Shown: one piece after another, positions 27,440 through 37,304 of the stretch
Position numbering within the stretch: position 1 is the stretch's first letter
Layout: each line of letters begins with the position of its first letter
Source of the DNA: an uncultured bacterium
GTDB taxonomy: Bacteria; Patescibacteriota; Minisyncoccia; UBA6257; 2-01-FULL-56-20
DNA: 64,000 nucleotides
Direction of reading: 5' to 3'
NCBI GenBank assembly: GCA_963807165.1
Contig: CAWDZM010000001.1
Coordinates: forward strand, 353,521 to 417,520
Notes under the pieces: model-generated
Databases searched by the model: none
What the model was told of the DNA's origin: nothing
The model's input: only the letters and a program-made list of their open reading frames with translations
Program-made: the position numbers and the translations under genes

Positions 27440-28326
27440 CTACGCGATCCCGTTGAATAGCTTCAACCGATCCGCCACGATCTTCTGAATATTGACCACT
27501 GACGGTGCGGTGAGCTTATACGGGGCAATCTCATTCGGATCCTTCAACCCTTCTTCCACACCACGGCGCCACGCAAGGCGCAGTTCGCTCGAAATGTGGA
27601 TGATCGTCATCCCCGCCTTCGCGGCGGCGCCAAGATCCGCATCGCCGGTGCCGGAACCGCCGTGCAATGTCATATATTTTGCATTCGTGCCGGCGATCGC
27701 AGCCTTGATCGCCGCGACACGCGCGATGTCGAGATGTTTATGCTCCGCATCCGCGCCGCCCGTCGTCATGGATTGCAAAAGTCCGTGCATGTTGCCCACC
27801 GCCGGCGCGAGCACATCAATTCCCGTCTCTTTACAAATCGCAAAGCCTCTTCCGGCGTTGACATCGTGAGCGATGCCTCCGGGCGCGTAGCGATGATCTC
27901 CGACGATGATCCAATGTAGCCGATCTCGCCCTCTATAATAATGCTCGGGTTGATGGCACGGATCGCCGCGACCGCCGCCTTTGTGTTCGCAATATTCTCT
28001 TCCATTGGCAATTGGGAATTATCAAAAATGATCTCGTCGAAACCGGCCTCGGCAGCCTCCTTTGCCTTATCGAGCGAATGCGTATGATCCGCGTTCAAAA
28101 AAATTGGGTAATCATACTGCTCACGCAAGCTTTTGATGAGCGCCGCCGCCTGACGCACGCCGATAAATTCGCGCTCTCCTTCCGATACGCCGATCAGCAC
28201 CGGCAATGCGAGCTCACGTGCGGCGGCGAAGATCCCTTTCAATGCCGCGAGGTCAGAAATATTGAAATGTCCGACTGCAACGTGGCGGGCTTCGGCATCG
28301 GCGAGAACTTCACGGAGCATTTTCAT
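27440..28326 (-). CDS. fba: Class II fructose-1,6-bisphosphate aldolase, interrupted by an apparent 1-nt frameshift
   Basis: N-terminal part (ORF 27766..28326): HFNISDLA...FLNADHTHS...IIIEGEIGYIG. C-terminal part (ORF 27440..27814): DVLAPAVGNMHG...LHGGSG. Re-reading across the A3 run (plus-strand T-run at 27830-27832) restores ...EEALRFVKETGIDVLAPAVGNMHG. Confidence 0.8.
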
Positions 28327-28357
28327 GATAGGAAATTTTACTTGGGTATTTATTTTT

Positions 28358-29356
28358 CTATAACGCTTTCGGCATATAATTCTTCGGCGCTTTCTTTAAT
28401 AACGCCATAAGCGCCGGCTTGGTGAGCAATCCGGTCTGCGCGCCAAAGGATTGCACGACGTGCATGGATTCGATCGGCGCCCATCGCAACGCATCGTGCA
28501 CCGACAGCCCATAGACCAAGCCACAGAAAAATCCCGTAGAGAACGCATCGCCTGCGCCGGTGCGCGAGACCGGCGGCTTTGGATCCGGATACGGCGGCAT
28601 AAAATATTGGTTCATCCCATCCGACGCGTACGCACCCTTCGGACCATCTGTGATCACCACGATCTTTGGGCCAAGCTTATGCAGCCCCTTAAAAAGAAAA
28701 TCAATGTTTTCATTTTTTGTATGAAGGATGAACGCGGCCTCCTCGCGATTCACAAAGAGCACGTAGGTATGTTTATAAATTTCGCGCAGCTTTTCCGCGC
28801 CAAAGCGGAGCTGGAATGTGCCCGGATTAAATCCCATCTTCACCTCCGGGTGCCGCTTAAGATAGTCTGCAACTTTTTTATGGAACGGCAGGGTGTGCTC
28901 GGCGATGGAAGAAAAATAAATCCAATCGGTATTCGAATCAAGCGCGCGCGGATCGAAATATTCGTATTCCTGATGTTTAATAAGGATTGTTCGCTCCGCC
29001 TTATAGCTCAGCACAAAATGATAGTTCGTCGGCTTATTCTTATTGATCTTGACGTACTCCGTGCTGACCCCTTCTTTATGATAGCGATCCAAGATTTCCG
29101 TGCCGTAATGATCGCCGCCGATCGCCGTAATGATTGCCGTATTCAAACCGAGCCGGCGCGCGCCGACCGCAACGTTCGATGCATTCCCTACTGCGGGCGC
29201 CACCGTGAGCGATTCGTAGGGGATCTTATCCGCGAACGCCATCGAAAGCCGGGGGTGCTCATGTGCGGCATCCCACTCCACGCGGGCTTCCTTAAGGCCG
29301 ATGAACGCGTCCATCACCACATCGCCGATGCATACCACGTCGTATTTTTCCTTCAT
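28358..29356 (-). CDS. PfkB-family sugar kinase (ribokinase/phosphofructokinase-like)
   Basis: VVCIGDVVMD...TGAGDAFSTGF is a PfkB signature. The start is taken at MKEKYDVV; the ORF is open to 29386. Confidence 0.85.
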   Translation of the reverse strand: MKEKYDVVCIGDVVMDAFIGLKEARVEWDAAHEHPRLSMAFADKIPYESLTVAPAVGNASNVAVGARRLGLNTAIITAIGGDHYGTEILDRYHKEGVSTEYVKINKNKPTNYHFVLSYKAERTILIKHQEYEYFDPRALDSNTDWIYFSSIAEHTLPFHKKVADYLKRHPEVKMGFNPGTFQLRFGAEKLREIYKHTYVLFVNREEAAFILHTKNENIDFLFKGLHKLGPKIVVITDGPKGAYASDGMNQYFMPPYPDPKPPVSRTGAGDAFSTGFFCGLVYGLSVHDALRWAPIESMHVVQSFGAQTGLLTKPALMALLKKAPKNYMPKAL

Positions 29357-29360
29357 ATGC

Positions 29361-29954
29361 TTATTGTAGCATAGAAGGATCATCACCCAACGGATGGGTT
29401 ATTAGATATTCTTTTGTCAGATACACAGACATAAGATCTGTCAGAATCGGGAGATTAAAATCCGCCACACCCGCATCGGGATATTTTGGATGCTGAAAGA
29501 CAAAGTTTTTTACTGGACTAAATTTATCACTATTAAGAAGCTCTTCTACGAGTGAGAATGACCTACTCCTTACATCGAGCTCATTCTTTGGATGAGTTGC
29601 CTGGATCATAGCAATCAGTACATCCAGACAATCATCGACGATCTTTCGAGCGCCACTTTCCTCTAACGCCCCTCTCCCAAGCATCGTAAGCACGATTGGA
29701 CTCCCGGTGGCAAAATAACCCGCCTGAAGTCCATCACGGGTGATAATATACATCGAGATACTCCCCATCGTTCTCCCGATTCTTTCAATCTGCCATTCAA
29801 GCCCGGATGCAAAATCCATTATGATAAAAATAAAGACGACGGAAATAATGCCGATTATCAGCGCCGATTGGCTGTCGATAATATTTTTAGCATAGAGGCC
29901 GTATAATGCCCCGAACCCTGCCAGCACGCCTATCAATTTGGTCATGATCTTCAT
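29361..29954 (-). CDS. Hypothetical membrane protein
   Basis: Two N-terminal TM helices followed by a soluble domain. Confidence 0.45.
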   Translation of the reverse strand: MKIMTKLIGVLAGFGALYGLYAKNIIDSQSALIIGIISVVFIFIIMDFASGLEWQIERIGRTMGSISMYIITRDGLQAGYFATGSPIVLTMLGRGALEESGARKIVDDCLDVLIAMIQATHPKNELDVRSRSFSLVEELLNSDKFSPVKNFVFQHPKYPDAGVADFNLPILTDLMSVYLTKEYLITHPLGDDPSMLQ

Positions 29955-30014
29955 GACCTCATCCTACATTTTTAAAAGAAGGATGCAAATTTCTTTTTAC
30001 CTTTTTTTAATCTT

Positions 30015-31004
30015 TTATTTTCTCCGTATCGCGCGCTTTGCCGCCGCCTTGATATCCTTCACATCCATGCCATATTTTTTGATCAATTCCGCGGGCGCGC
30101 CGGACTCGCCGAACGAATTTTGCATGCCGATGAACTCGATCGGCGTCGGCGCGTGCTTTGCCAGTACCTCCGCGACCGCACCGCCGAGACCGCCCTGCAC
30201 CTGATGCTCTTCCACCGTCACCACCGCGCCGATCTTTTTTGCCAACTCCACGATCTTTTTATCATCAATCGGTTTAATACTGGCGCAATTCAACACCACC
30301 GTGCCAATCTTTTCTTCCTCCAACTCTCGCGCGGCGAGGAGCGCATTATAGAGCAATCCGCCACAGCCGATGATCAACACTTCCGGCTTTTTCGATTGCC
30401 AGAAGATCTCCGCCTTACCTGGGATGAATGGTGTCTCATCCGTCGTCATGATGGGAGTCTTTTCGCGCTGAAACCGTAGATAGATCGGACCCCAGACGCG
30501 CGCGGCGGCGAGCGTCGCCTTGCGTGCCTCGATGGCATCGCACGGCACGATCACACTCATGTTCGGCATCGCGCGCATGATAGCAATGTCCTCCGTCGCC
30601 TGGTGCGTCGCACCGTCAGGGCCGACAGAAATGCCCGCGTGATGCCCCGCGATCTTTACGTTCGCGTTGTTGTATGCAATCGTGGTGCGGATCTGTTCCC
30701 AATTCCTGCCCGGCGAGAACGTTGCGTACGATGCGATGAACGGGATTTTGCCGCTCACGCCAAGCCCGGCGGCAACCGTCGCCATGTTCTGCTCCGCAAC
30801 GCCCATTTCAAAAAATCGCTCGGGGTATTTTTTGGCGAACGCTTCCACGCGCGTGGATTCCGTCAGGTCAGCACACAACGCAACGACGTTGGGGTTCGCA
30901 TCGCCTGCGGCGACAAGGCCATCGCCATACCCATTGCGGGTCGGCGCCTGCGCCACGTCTTCATCAAAAAGATTCGGATTCAGTTTTGCGTCGGGGTTCA
31001 GCAT
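30015..31004 (-). CDS. Transketolase, C-terminal (pyrimidine-binding) subunit
   Basis: FEMGVAEQNMATVAAGL...HAGISVGPDGATHQ. Confidence 0.9.
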   Translation of the reverse strand: MLNPDAKLNPNLFDEDVAQAPTRNGYGDGLVAAGDANPNVVALCADLTESTRVEAFAKKYPERFFEMGVAEQNMATVAAGLGVSGKIPFIASYATFSPGRNWEQIRTTIAYNNANVKIAGHHAGISVGPDGATHQATEDIAIMRAMPNMSVIVPCDAIEARKATLAAARVWGPIYLRFQREKTPIMTTDETPFIPGKAEIFWQSKKPEVLIIGCGGLLYNALLAARELEEEKIGTVVLNCASIKPIDDKKIVELAKKIGAVVTVEEHQVQGGLGGAVAEVLAKHAPTPIEFIGMQNSFGESGAPAELIKKYGMDVKDIKAAAKRAIRRK

Positions 31005-31026
31005 TATTGTTATTCTAACATACTCA

Positions 31027-31644
31027 TCATTGACCGAACGTGAGCGTGTTGATGATCATATGCGCGATGGCGTTATTATTTGCGGGCGACGCAAGATTGG
31101 GATTTGCATCGGCAATAGGAAAATCGAAGCGAAGTGTGCTCGTCCCGTCGGCCATATAGATCTGTTCCGCATCATGATCAAACTCAAATACTTTATACAA
31201 TTCGTATGCGTTATATGGCCCTATGTTCAACAAAAAACTTTTTTCGAATGACGCAACCTGGTTATTCCCCGCCTTGTACGCCGCCAACATCTGATGAACA
31301 TATTCTCCGGAAGATAGATTGCTCGGATTACTTTCTATAAACACTTCCAGTACATAGGTGGTCGTTCCATTCAAGGGATTGCCAAATTCAATAAAAGGCT
31401 CGGTCCCTAAAAGACCGCCTGTAAATATCTGCCAATTGGGAGGATATTCGAGTGAAAATCCATCGTTACCGTCGTGGTATGCCTGCCATGTGGAAGTATC
31501 AACACCAGTTAGTTGATCCGCCGCGCTTCCGTTAACATCTTGAAAAGTAAGCACCTGCCCAATCGCATGGGCGGCGGAATAAAGTAAAATAGCAGCCGCT
31601 CCAACAACGACGATTAATACTGCCCATACTTCCTTCCGATGCAT
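31027..31644 (-). CDS. Hypothetical secreted protein
   Basis: Signal/TM WAVLIVVVGAAAILLYSAAHA. The start is taken at MHRKEV; the ORF is open to 31716. Confidence 0.45.
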   Translation of the reverse strand: MHRKEVWAVLIVVVGAAAILLYSAAHAIGQVLTFQDVNGSAADQLTGVDTSTWQAYHDGNDGFSLEYPPNWQIFTGGLLGTEPFIEFGNPLNGTTTYVLEVFIESNPSNLSSGEYVHQMLAAYKAGNNQVASFEKSFLLNIGPYNAYELYKVFEFDHDAEQIYMADGTSTLRFDFPIADANPNLASPANNNAIAHMIINTLTFGQ

Positions 31645-31648
31645 TACG

Positions 31649-32179
31649 TTATTTTGCAATTTTCGCCTGGTGCCGCTGGATGAGCCACATGCTTCCGCCG
31701 ATAATGAGCACGGCAATCACGAGCCCGACGAAAAATTTCAGCTGATCATCAACACTCCCCCATCCGCGCACGTAGCCGTACATGATACTCCACAACCCGG
31801 CGAGCATAATCCCGACAGGCACCGCGTTCGATGCGAGCGCAACGCCGAAGATCAACCAGAATCCCACGGCGAATACGATGATGCCAACGAGGTTTGCGAT
31901 GATGAAGATATTCCGATTATAGATGCTCGTCGCGTTCTCATAGGCGGTTTCCGCATTATTATATTGATCCTGAGCCGCTTGCTGCTGGACCTCGATCTTT
32001 GCATTGTTCTGCATGCACGCGGTGTCGGCTGACGCGCATGGAACGACCGGCACTCCAATGTCATTGTTTGGATAAGACGGCGCTTGTGGTGCCGGATAAA
32101 ATGCCGAGATGCCGAGCGCGATCAATGCCGCAAGGATTACCGCCGTTGCAAGTCCGAGCACGAAATTTACAACTTTCAT
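31649..32179 (-). CDS. Hypothetical membrane protein (N-terminal TM, two C-terminal TM helices)
   Basis: It sits between the two transketolase halves. Confidence 0.5.
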   Translation of the reverse strand: MKVVNFVLGLATAVILAALIALGISAFYPAPQAPSYPNNDIGVPVVPCASADTACMQNNAKIEVQQQAAQDQYNNAETAYENATSIYNRNIFIIANLVGIIVFAVGFWLIFGVALASNAVPVGIMLAGLWSIMYGYVRGWGSVDDQLKFFVGLVIAVLIIGGSMWLIQRHQAKIAK

Positions 32180-32216
32180 ATTTTTTAATAAATTAATTTA
32201 TTTATTACCGCACGAC

Positions 32217-33077
32217 CTATTGATGTTCGCTCTGGATTTTATGTTGTAGCGTACGCAATTCCTCGAGCGCTTTTTCTGCTTCGCCCGGCTTGAACGGCTT
32301 CGAATGCCAGAGATAATCGTTCTCCATAAAATCCACGCCCTTACCCGGAATCGTGTGTGCGATGATTACCGTCGGCTGTTCATGGATCGCGCGCGCTTCC
32401 GCGGCGGCGGCGATGATCTCCTCAAAATTGTGCCCGTCGATCTCGAGCACGTGCCAGTTGAACGCGCGATACTTGTCCGCGAACGGTTCGAGCGGCATGA
32501 TCTTTTCCGTAAACCCGTCGATCTGGATGTTGTTGCGGTCAACAACGACAGTGAGATTGCTCAACCGGTTCTTCCCCGCGAACATGACCGCTTCCCACGT
32601 GTTGCCTTCCTCGTGCTCGCCGTCGGAGGTCAAACAATAGACCTGATATTTTTTTGCGTCGAGTCGCGCCGCCAAAGCCATGCCGCTTGCTTGCGAAATG
32701 CCGGAGCCGAGCGGCCCGGACGTGGTTTCAATGCCAGGCAGGACGCCGCGATGCGGATGCCCCTGCAGGCGCGTTCCCAACTGGCGCAGCGTCTTTAATT
32801 CCTCCACCGGAAAATATCCCGCATGTGCGAGTGCCGCGTACTGAACCGGACAGATGTGCCCGTTCGAAAGCACCAGGCGATCGCGATCCGGCATCGCCGG
32901 ATTCTTTGGATCGTGATGCAAAATATGAAAATAGAATGCGGTAAATATCTCCGCCATATCAAGTGGACCGGCAATATGGCCCGACCCCGCATGCGAGACC
33001 ATTTTGATGACGTCCTCGCGAAGGCGCGTGGCCATCAATTCCATCTCCTTTAATTTTTTTTCAGTGAGCGATTCCAT
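32217..33077 (-). CDS. Transketolase, N-terminal (thiamine-diphosphate-binding) subunit
   Basis: GSGHIAGPLDMAEI...GHPHRG...GPLGSGISQASGMA...DGEHEEG. Confidence 0.9.
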   Translation of the reverse strand: MESLTEKKLKEMELMATRLREDVIKMVSHAGSGHIAGPLDMAEIFTAFYFHILHHDPKNPAMPDRDRLVLSNGHICPVQYAALAHAGYFPVEELKTLRQLGTRLQGHPHRGVLPGIETTSGPLGSGISQASGMALAARLDAKKYQVYCLTSDGEHEEGNTWEAVMFAGKNRLSNLTVVVDRNNIQIDGFTEKIMPLEPFADKYRAFNWHVLEIDGHNFEEIIAAAAEARAIHEQPTVIIAHTIPGKGVDFMENDYLWHSKPFKPGEAEKALEELRTLQHKIQSEHQ

Positions 33078-33114
33078 TATTAGATTAAATAAAAATCCTA
33101 ATATCCAAGTGCTA

Positions 33115-33756
33115 TTAAATAGCGACTAGCTCCTCGTATGCCTTCTTCGGATCAGCCGCGTTGAAAATATAATTCGATGAAACGATCGTGTCCGCACCGG
33201 CATCCTTCACGCGCCGCGCCGTTTCCGGATTCATGCCACCATCAACCTCTATTATAGCATCCGGCAAGGCTTCTCTGATAAATCGAACCTTCTCCGCAAC
33301 AAACGGAAGGAATTCCTGTCCCGCCGGACCGGGCTGGACGGCGAGCACCTGGAACGCCGTGAAGTCCCGGAAGTATGGCGCGAGATCTTCCGATATCGCA
33401 TCCGGCTTTGATGAGATCATCACCTCCGCATGATAGCGCGCGGCGGCGGAAACAATCTCATGCAGCGACTGCGGCGTCAGCGTCTCCAAATGCACGATCA
33501 GCCGCCGCGCGCCTGCCGCGAGCCAATCATCCGCGCACTCCTCCGGATGCTCCACCATCAGGTGAACTTCGAGCGCGAACGGCGATTTGAGTGCGACCCA
33601 CGCGAGCGGTTCCGCCCACGTCTTGTGTTCAGCAAACGAACCATCCGAAACATCGAGGTGTAGCATATCGCCCTCGCTTAAAAACGTCTTCGCGACGTCA
33701 AGCTTTTTTTTCACGCATTCGACATCGGGGCAGTTGAGAACGGGAATTACTTTCAT
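33115..33756 (-). CDS. rpe: Ribulose-phosphate 3-epimerase
   Basis: LHLDVSDGSFA...HLMVEHPE...IIEVDGGMNPETARRVKDAGADTIVSSNYIF. Confidence 0.85.
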   Translation of the reverse strand: MKVIPVLNCPDVECVKKKLDVAKTFLSEGDMLHLDVSDGSFAEHKTWAEPLAWVALKSPFALEVHLMVEHPEECADDWLAAGARRLIVHLETLTPQSLHEIVSAAARYHAEVMISSKPDAISEDLAPYFRDFTAFQVLAVQPGPAGQEFLPFVAEKVRFIREALPDAIIEVDGGMNPETARRVKDAGADTIVSSNYIFNAADPKKAYEELVAI

Positions 33757-33760
33757 TCGT

Positions 33761-34228
33761 TTATTGTTTATCTTCGATCTCCGAAATTTTATTCAACCGG
33801 CGCAAATAACGTTCTTCGGTATTTTCAAACGGCGAGGAAAGAAACGCACGCGCGATTGCAAGCGCATCATCGGGCTTAATAAAATCCGCTGCAATCGCGA
33901 GTACATTCACATCGTCGTCATGCCGGCCAACGCGGATGTGTTCCGGCGACATCGCAAGCGCAGAGCGCACGCCTTTGAACTTGTTCGCCACGATGTCCGC
34001 GCCAAATCCCGATCCGCAGATCACGATCCCGCGCGCGGTCGCATCGCCGCTCGCCACTGCAGCCGCCATTTTTTCCCCGACCGCGGCCGCAAAATCCGGA
34101 TAGTCATCCGCCAGATCAAGCGCCGCGGCGCCGACATCCGTCAATTTATAGCCATCCTTTGCGAGCGCATCTTTAATAGTCTGCTTAAGAAAAAATCCCC
34201 TGTGATCCGCGCCAATATAAATTGTCAT
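33761..34228 (-). CDS. rpiB: Ribose-5-phosphate isomerase B
   Basis: MTIYIGADHRGF...GIVICGSGFGADIVANKFKGVRSALA. Confidence 0.9.
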   Translation of the reverse strand: MTIYIGADHRGFFLKQTIKDALAKDGYKLTDVGAAALDLADDYPDFAAAVGEKMAAAVASGDATARGIVICGSGFGADIVANKFKGVRSALAMSPEHIRVGRHDDDVNVLAIAADFIKPDDALAIARAFLSSPFENTEERYLRRLNKISEIEDKQ

Positions 34229-34309
34229 CCTTTAAGAATAGCATGTTGGCGACGCGGGATAAACGGCAAGCGGCGTGGGACGAAGTTTGAATAAATCTAT
34301 ACGCACAAC

Positions 34310-34693
34310 CTAAACGAGAATCTCTGAATGATTTTGAATGTCGCCATAAAAATCTTCGTAATTTACTGTCAATTCCTCTCCTGAAGCTATATCTCGTATG
34401 GTCGTAGTTTGGTCACTGATCCTTTCATCGCAATTTGGATTTAAAGAGTGATTGAAAAATCTTCCGTCATCACCGCAAAGCAAATATTTATTATATTTTT
34501 TATCTAAATAAGCGTAGTTGTAAAATTGCTTTTGGGAAAATGCAGAAAGCCTGCTTATCTCTTCTTTTGATAATAAAAGGTCGATAGCCCGCTCGAATTT
34601 CCATACAAGAGTACCCTTAGGAATTGGCTCATCCGCAAATAATCCAATGCCTGATATTTTACTTAGGGCAATTTTTGTTTTTACCGTTAACAT
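34310..34693 (-). CDS. SET-domain (lysine methyltransferase-like) protein
   Basis: GIGLFADEPIPKGTLV...RFFNHSLNPNC...ELTVNYEDFY are SET signatures. GC content is lower than the flanking genes. Confidence 0.75.
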   Translation of the reverse strand: MLTVKTKIALSKISGIGLFADEPIPKGTLVWKFERAIDLLLSKEEISRLSAFSQKQFYNYAYLDKKYNKYLLCGDDGRFFNHSLNPNCDERISDQTTTIRDIASGEELTVNYEDFYGDIQNHSEILV

Positions 34694-34728
34694 GCAAGGA
34701 TTTCAAATCTAGCGCGATTCAATTTTCC

Positions 34729-35760
34729 CTATAACAGCGCCGCAACTTTCTCCACATGCTTGATGAGCGTGCTCACATATCCTGCTTCATTGTCATACCA
34801 ACTCAACACCTTCACCATGTCGCCATCGATCACCTTAATGAGGTCAAGCGGCACCGTTGCGCCAAATGGCTGGCCGATGATGTCGGACGAAACGAGCTGA
34901 TCGTTCGTTACCTGCAAAATCCCCTGCCAGCGCGGCGACGCAGCGGCGTCGGTGAGGATCTGCGCAATCTCCTCTACCGTCGTCGGCCGCTTTGCGATGA
35001 ATGTGATATCAGAAATAGAACCGGTAATGTTCGGCACGCGGAACGAGAGCCCATCGAACTTGCCCTTGAGCTCGGGGATCGCGCGCGCGACGCTGATCGC
35101 TGCGCCGGTCGTTTCGGGAACGGTGTTCATCGCCGCGGCGCGGCCCTTGCGGAAATCATGGCCACCGCGGATCGGCCCATCAACAAGCGACTGCGTGGCG
35201 GTGTATGCGTGCACGGTCGAGAGCGCGGCCTTCACGATGCCGGGATTCTCGCTCAACACCTGAATGACCGGCGACGCGGAATTCGTCGTGCACGATCCGT
35301 TCGACGTGATCGGCGCGATCTTAAAGTTATCTTCGTTCACGCCCACGAGCACCGTCTGCCCGGCGACACCATCATCATCTTTTGCCGGCGCCGTTATCAC
35401 CACGCGCTTTGCGCCCGCGGTCAAATGCACTTTGGCTTTTTCGTATTCATCAAATAACCCCGTCGATTCCACCACAACATCAATATTCAAATCTTTCCAT
35501 GGAAGCTGGGTCGGATCCTTGATCTGCAAGAAAGAAATTTCTTTGCCCGCGACAATAAGTTTGCCATTCGCCATGTCAGCCTTCACTTCTTTGCCGTAGC
35601 GGCCATAGACCGTGTCGTACTTCAAAAGGTACGCAAGATTTTCCACATCGCCCAGATCGTTCAGCGCGACGATCTCAATGTTCGGCAATTCGAATGCCGC
35701 TTTAAAGAACAATCGCCCGATCCTGCCGAACCCATTTATCGCGACGCGTACATTTGCCAT
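34729..35760 (-). CDS. gap: Glyceraldehyde-3-phosphate dehydrogenase
   Basis: VAINGFGRIGR...SCTTNSASP...WYDNEAGY. Confidence 0.95.
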   Translation of the reverse strand: MANVRVAINGFGRIGRLFFKAAFELPNIEIVALNDLGDVENLAYLLKYDTVYGRYGKEVKADMANGKLIVAGKEISFLQIKDPTQLPWKDLNIDVVVESTGLFDEYEKAKVHLTAGAKRVVITAPAKDDDGVAGQTVLVGVNEDNFKIAPITSNGSCTTNSASPVIQVLSENPGIVKAALSTVHAYTATQSLVDGPIRGGHDFRKGRAAAMNTVPETTGAAISVARAIPELKGKFDGLSFRVPNITGSISDITFIAKRPTTVEEIAQILTDAAASPRWQGILQVTNDQLVSSDIIGQPFGATVPLDLIKVIDGDMVKVLSWYDNEAGYVSTLIKHVEKVAALL

Positions 35761-35920
35761 ATGGTTATTAAAAATAGTTAAAAGTTTATATCCTGCTGAC
35801 CGTTCCCTCTATTATATAGCGAAATTGGCGAGAAACCCAAAAGGGCTTGCATTATTCTAAACTTATGGCATTATATAGCCAGAATGTTGCACCCCCCGCG
35901 TTCGGTAAGGAGGTACCAAC

Positions 35921-36127
35921 GTGAACATTTTTGGTATACCTATCGGGAGGTCGCCTGAACGGCTCCTCCGAAAAGATCTGAAGAACCACGAATCCAGACT
36001 CAGCGGGATCGAACAACTGGCAAAATATGTCGGCGATCCCACCATCTCCCAAACATCCGAGGCAGAATCTCTTCGCAACAAAATTGTGGAAACCAAAGCC
36101 CTGCTGAAGCTATCAGGAACATCCTGA
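35921..36127 (+). CDS. Small hypothetical protein (68 aa)
   Basis: GTG start preceded by a strong AAGGAGG at 35908-35914. Confidence 0.4.
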   Translation: MNIFGIPIGRSPERLLRKDLKNHESRLSGIEQLAKYVGDPTISQTSEAESLRNKIVETKALLKLSGTS

Positions 36128-36141
36128 TAGCTTTTTTTATT

Positions 36142-36765
36142 CTATTGACCCGCACCGATCGTCACCGTGTCCCCCACCTTTATATTGTACTTTGCCACAG
36201 TGCCAGCGTTCACTTCCAACACTTTATCGGTGTTGGCGGGCGAGGTAACAATAGGCAATTCCCAAAGTTGAGTTCCTGGCGCGGGCGCGGGAACATTTTG
36301 CGCAAAACCATCCACGGTGTTGCCACTGATCCAAATCATATCCAACGGAAAATTCATGTCCTTCATCCAAAACGTTTGGATCGTGCCGGTACTGAAGATA
36401 AAGAGCATGCCATCATTCTCGCCAAGCGATGTGCGATACGAAAGTCCGCGCGTCTGTTCAACGATCGTGGACGCGAGCTCCACGCTGAACTGCGCACTAG
36501 CGATATCAAGCGGTTCCGCCGGGAGCGGCGGATTTGCGATGTCGGTGCCTGTTGAATCATCCATCGCCTCACTACTAGAAACAGTTCCGATAGATTGAGC
36601 GGCTCCAACGATCGGCGTCGACGAACTCGCGATAGAAATATTCGTCCGCGAGAGCGGCGGGTTCGGCTGGCCAAAGAAGATATACCACCAGACACCGAGG
36701 ATGATCAGAAAAGAAATCGGGGCGGCGATAATAAATAACGTGGTCATTTTTTTATTGCGGGACAT
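36142..36765 (-). CDS. DUF192-family protein (secreted/TM-anchored)
   Basis: GMLFIF...WMKDMNFPLDMIW matches the DUF192 signature. N-terminal TM. Confidence 0.65.
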   Translation of the reverse strand: MSRNKKMTTLFIIAAPISFLIILGVWWYIFFGQPNPPLSRTNISIASSSTPIVGAAQSIGTVSSSEAMDDSTGTDIANPPLPAEPLDIASAQFSVELASTIVEQTRGLSYRTSLGENDGMLFIFSTGTIQTFWMKDMNFPLDMIWISGNTVDGFAQNVPAPAPGTQLWELPIVTSPANTDKVLEVNAGTVAKYNIKVGDTVTIGAGQ

Positions 36766-36768
36766 ACT

Positions 36769-37269
36769 CTATATAATACCACCCCCAAAGCGTAACCCAA
36801 ACGCCGCGATGCCGAACGCAACCGCGACGTTCAACGATTCTTTTTTCCCCATCATCGGGATCTCGAGAATGCGATCGGATGCCGTTAATATAGATGGCGG
36901 TAATCCCTTCACCTCGTTGCCGACGATGATCGCCACCCGCGCATCCGCGTGCGCGAGCTTAGGATCGCGCGCAACATCATAATACGGCACCGAGCGCGCG
37001 GATTGTTCCAACGCAAATATCTCGTATCCCTCTTCCTTTAACCGATCCACCACTTCCATCGTCGTCTTCGCGGATTCCCAGGCGATATAATCCTCCGCGC
37101 CGAGCGCGACCTTGGCGAAATCGGGGCGCACCTGCGTAAAGCGGTCAAGTGGCGTCGGCGTGATGCCGCACAAATAGATCTTTTCCACGCCAGCCGCATC
37201 CGCGGTGCGAAAGATGGAGCCCACATTGTGGACGCTGCGAACATCGTGCGCGATGACGGCGAGTTTCAT
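36769..37269 (-). CDS. SpoU/TrmH-family RNA 2'-O-methyltransferase (TrmL/TrmH-like, short form)
   Basis: HNVGSIFRTADAAGV...IIVGNEVKGL...ESLNVAVAFGI. Confidence 0.8.
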   Translation of the reverse strand: MKLAVIAHDVRSVHNVGSIFRTADAAGVEKIYLCGITPTPLDRFTQVRPDFAKVALGAEDYIAWESAKTTMEVVDRLKEEGYEIFALEQSARSVPYYDVARDPKLAHADARVAIIVGNEVKGLPPSILTASDRILEIPMMGKKESLNVAVAFGIAAFGLRFGGGII

Positions 37270-37304
37270 CCCTCTATAATATCACGCAACGCCCAGGCAG
37301 GAGA

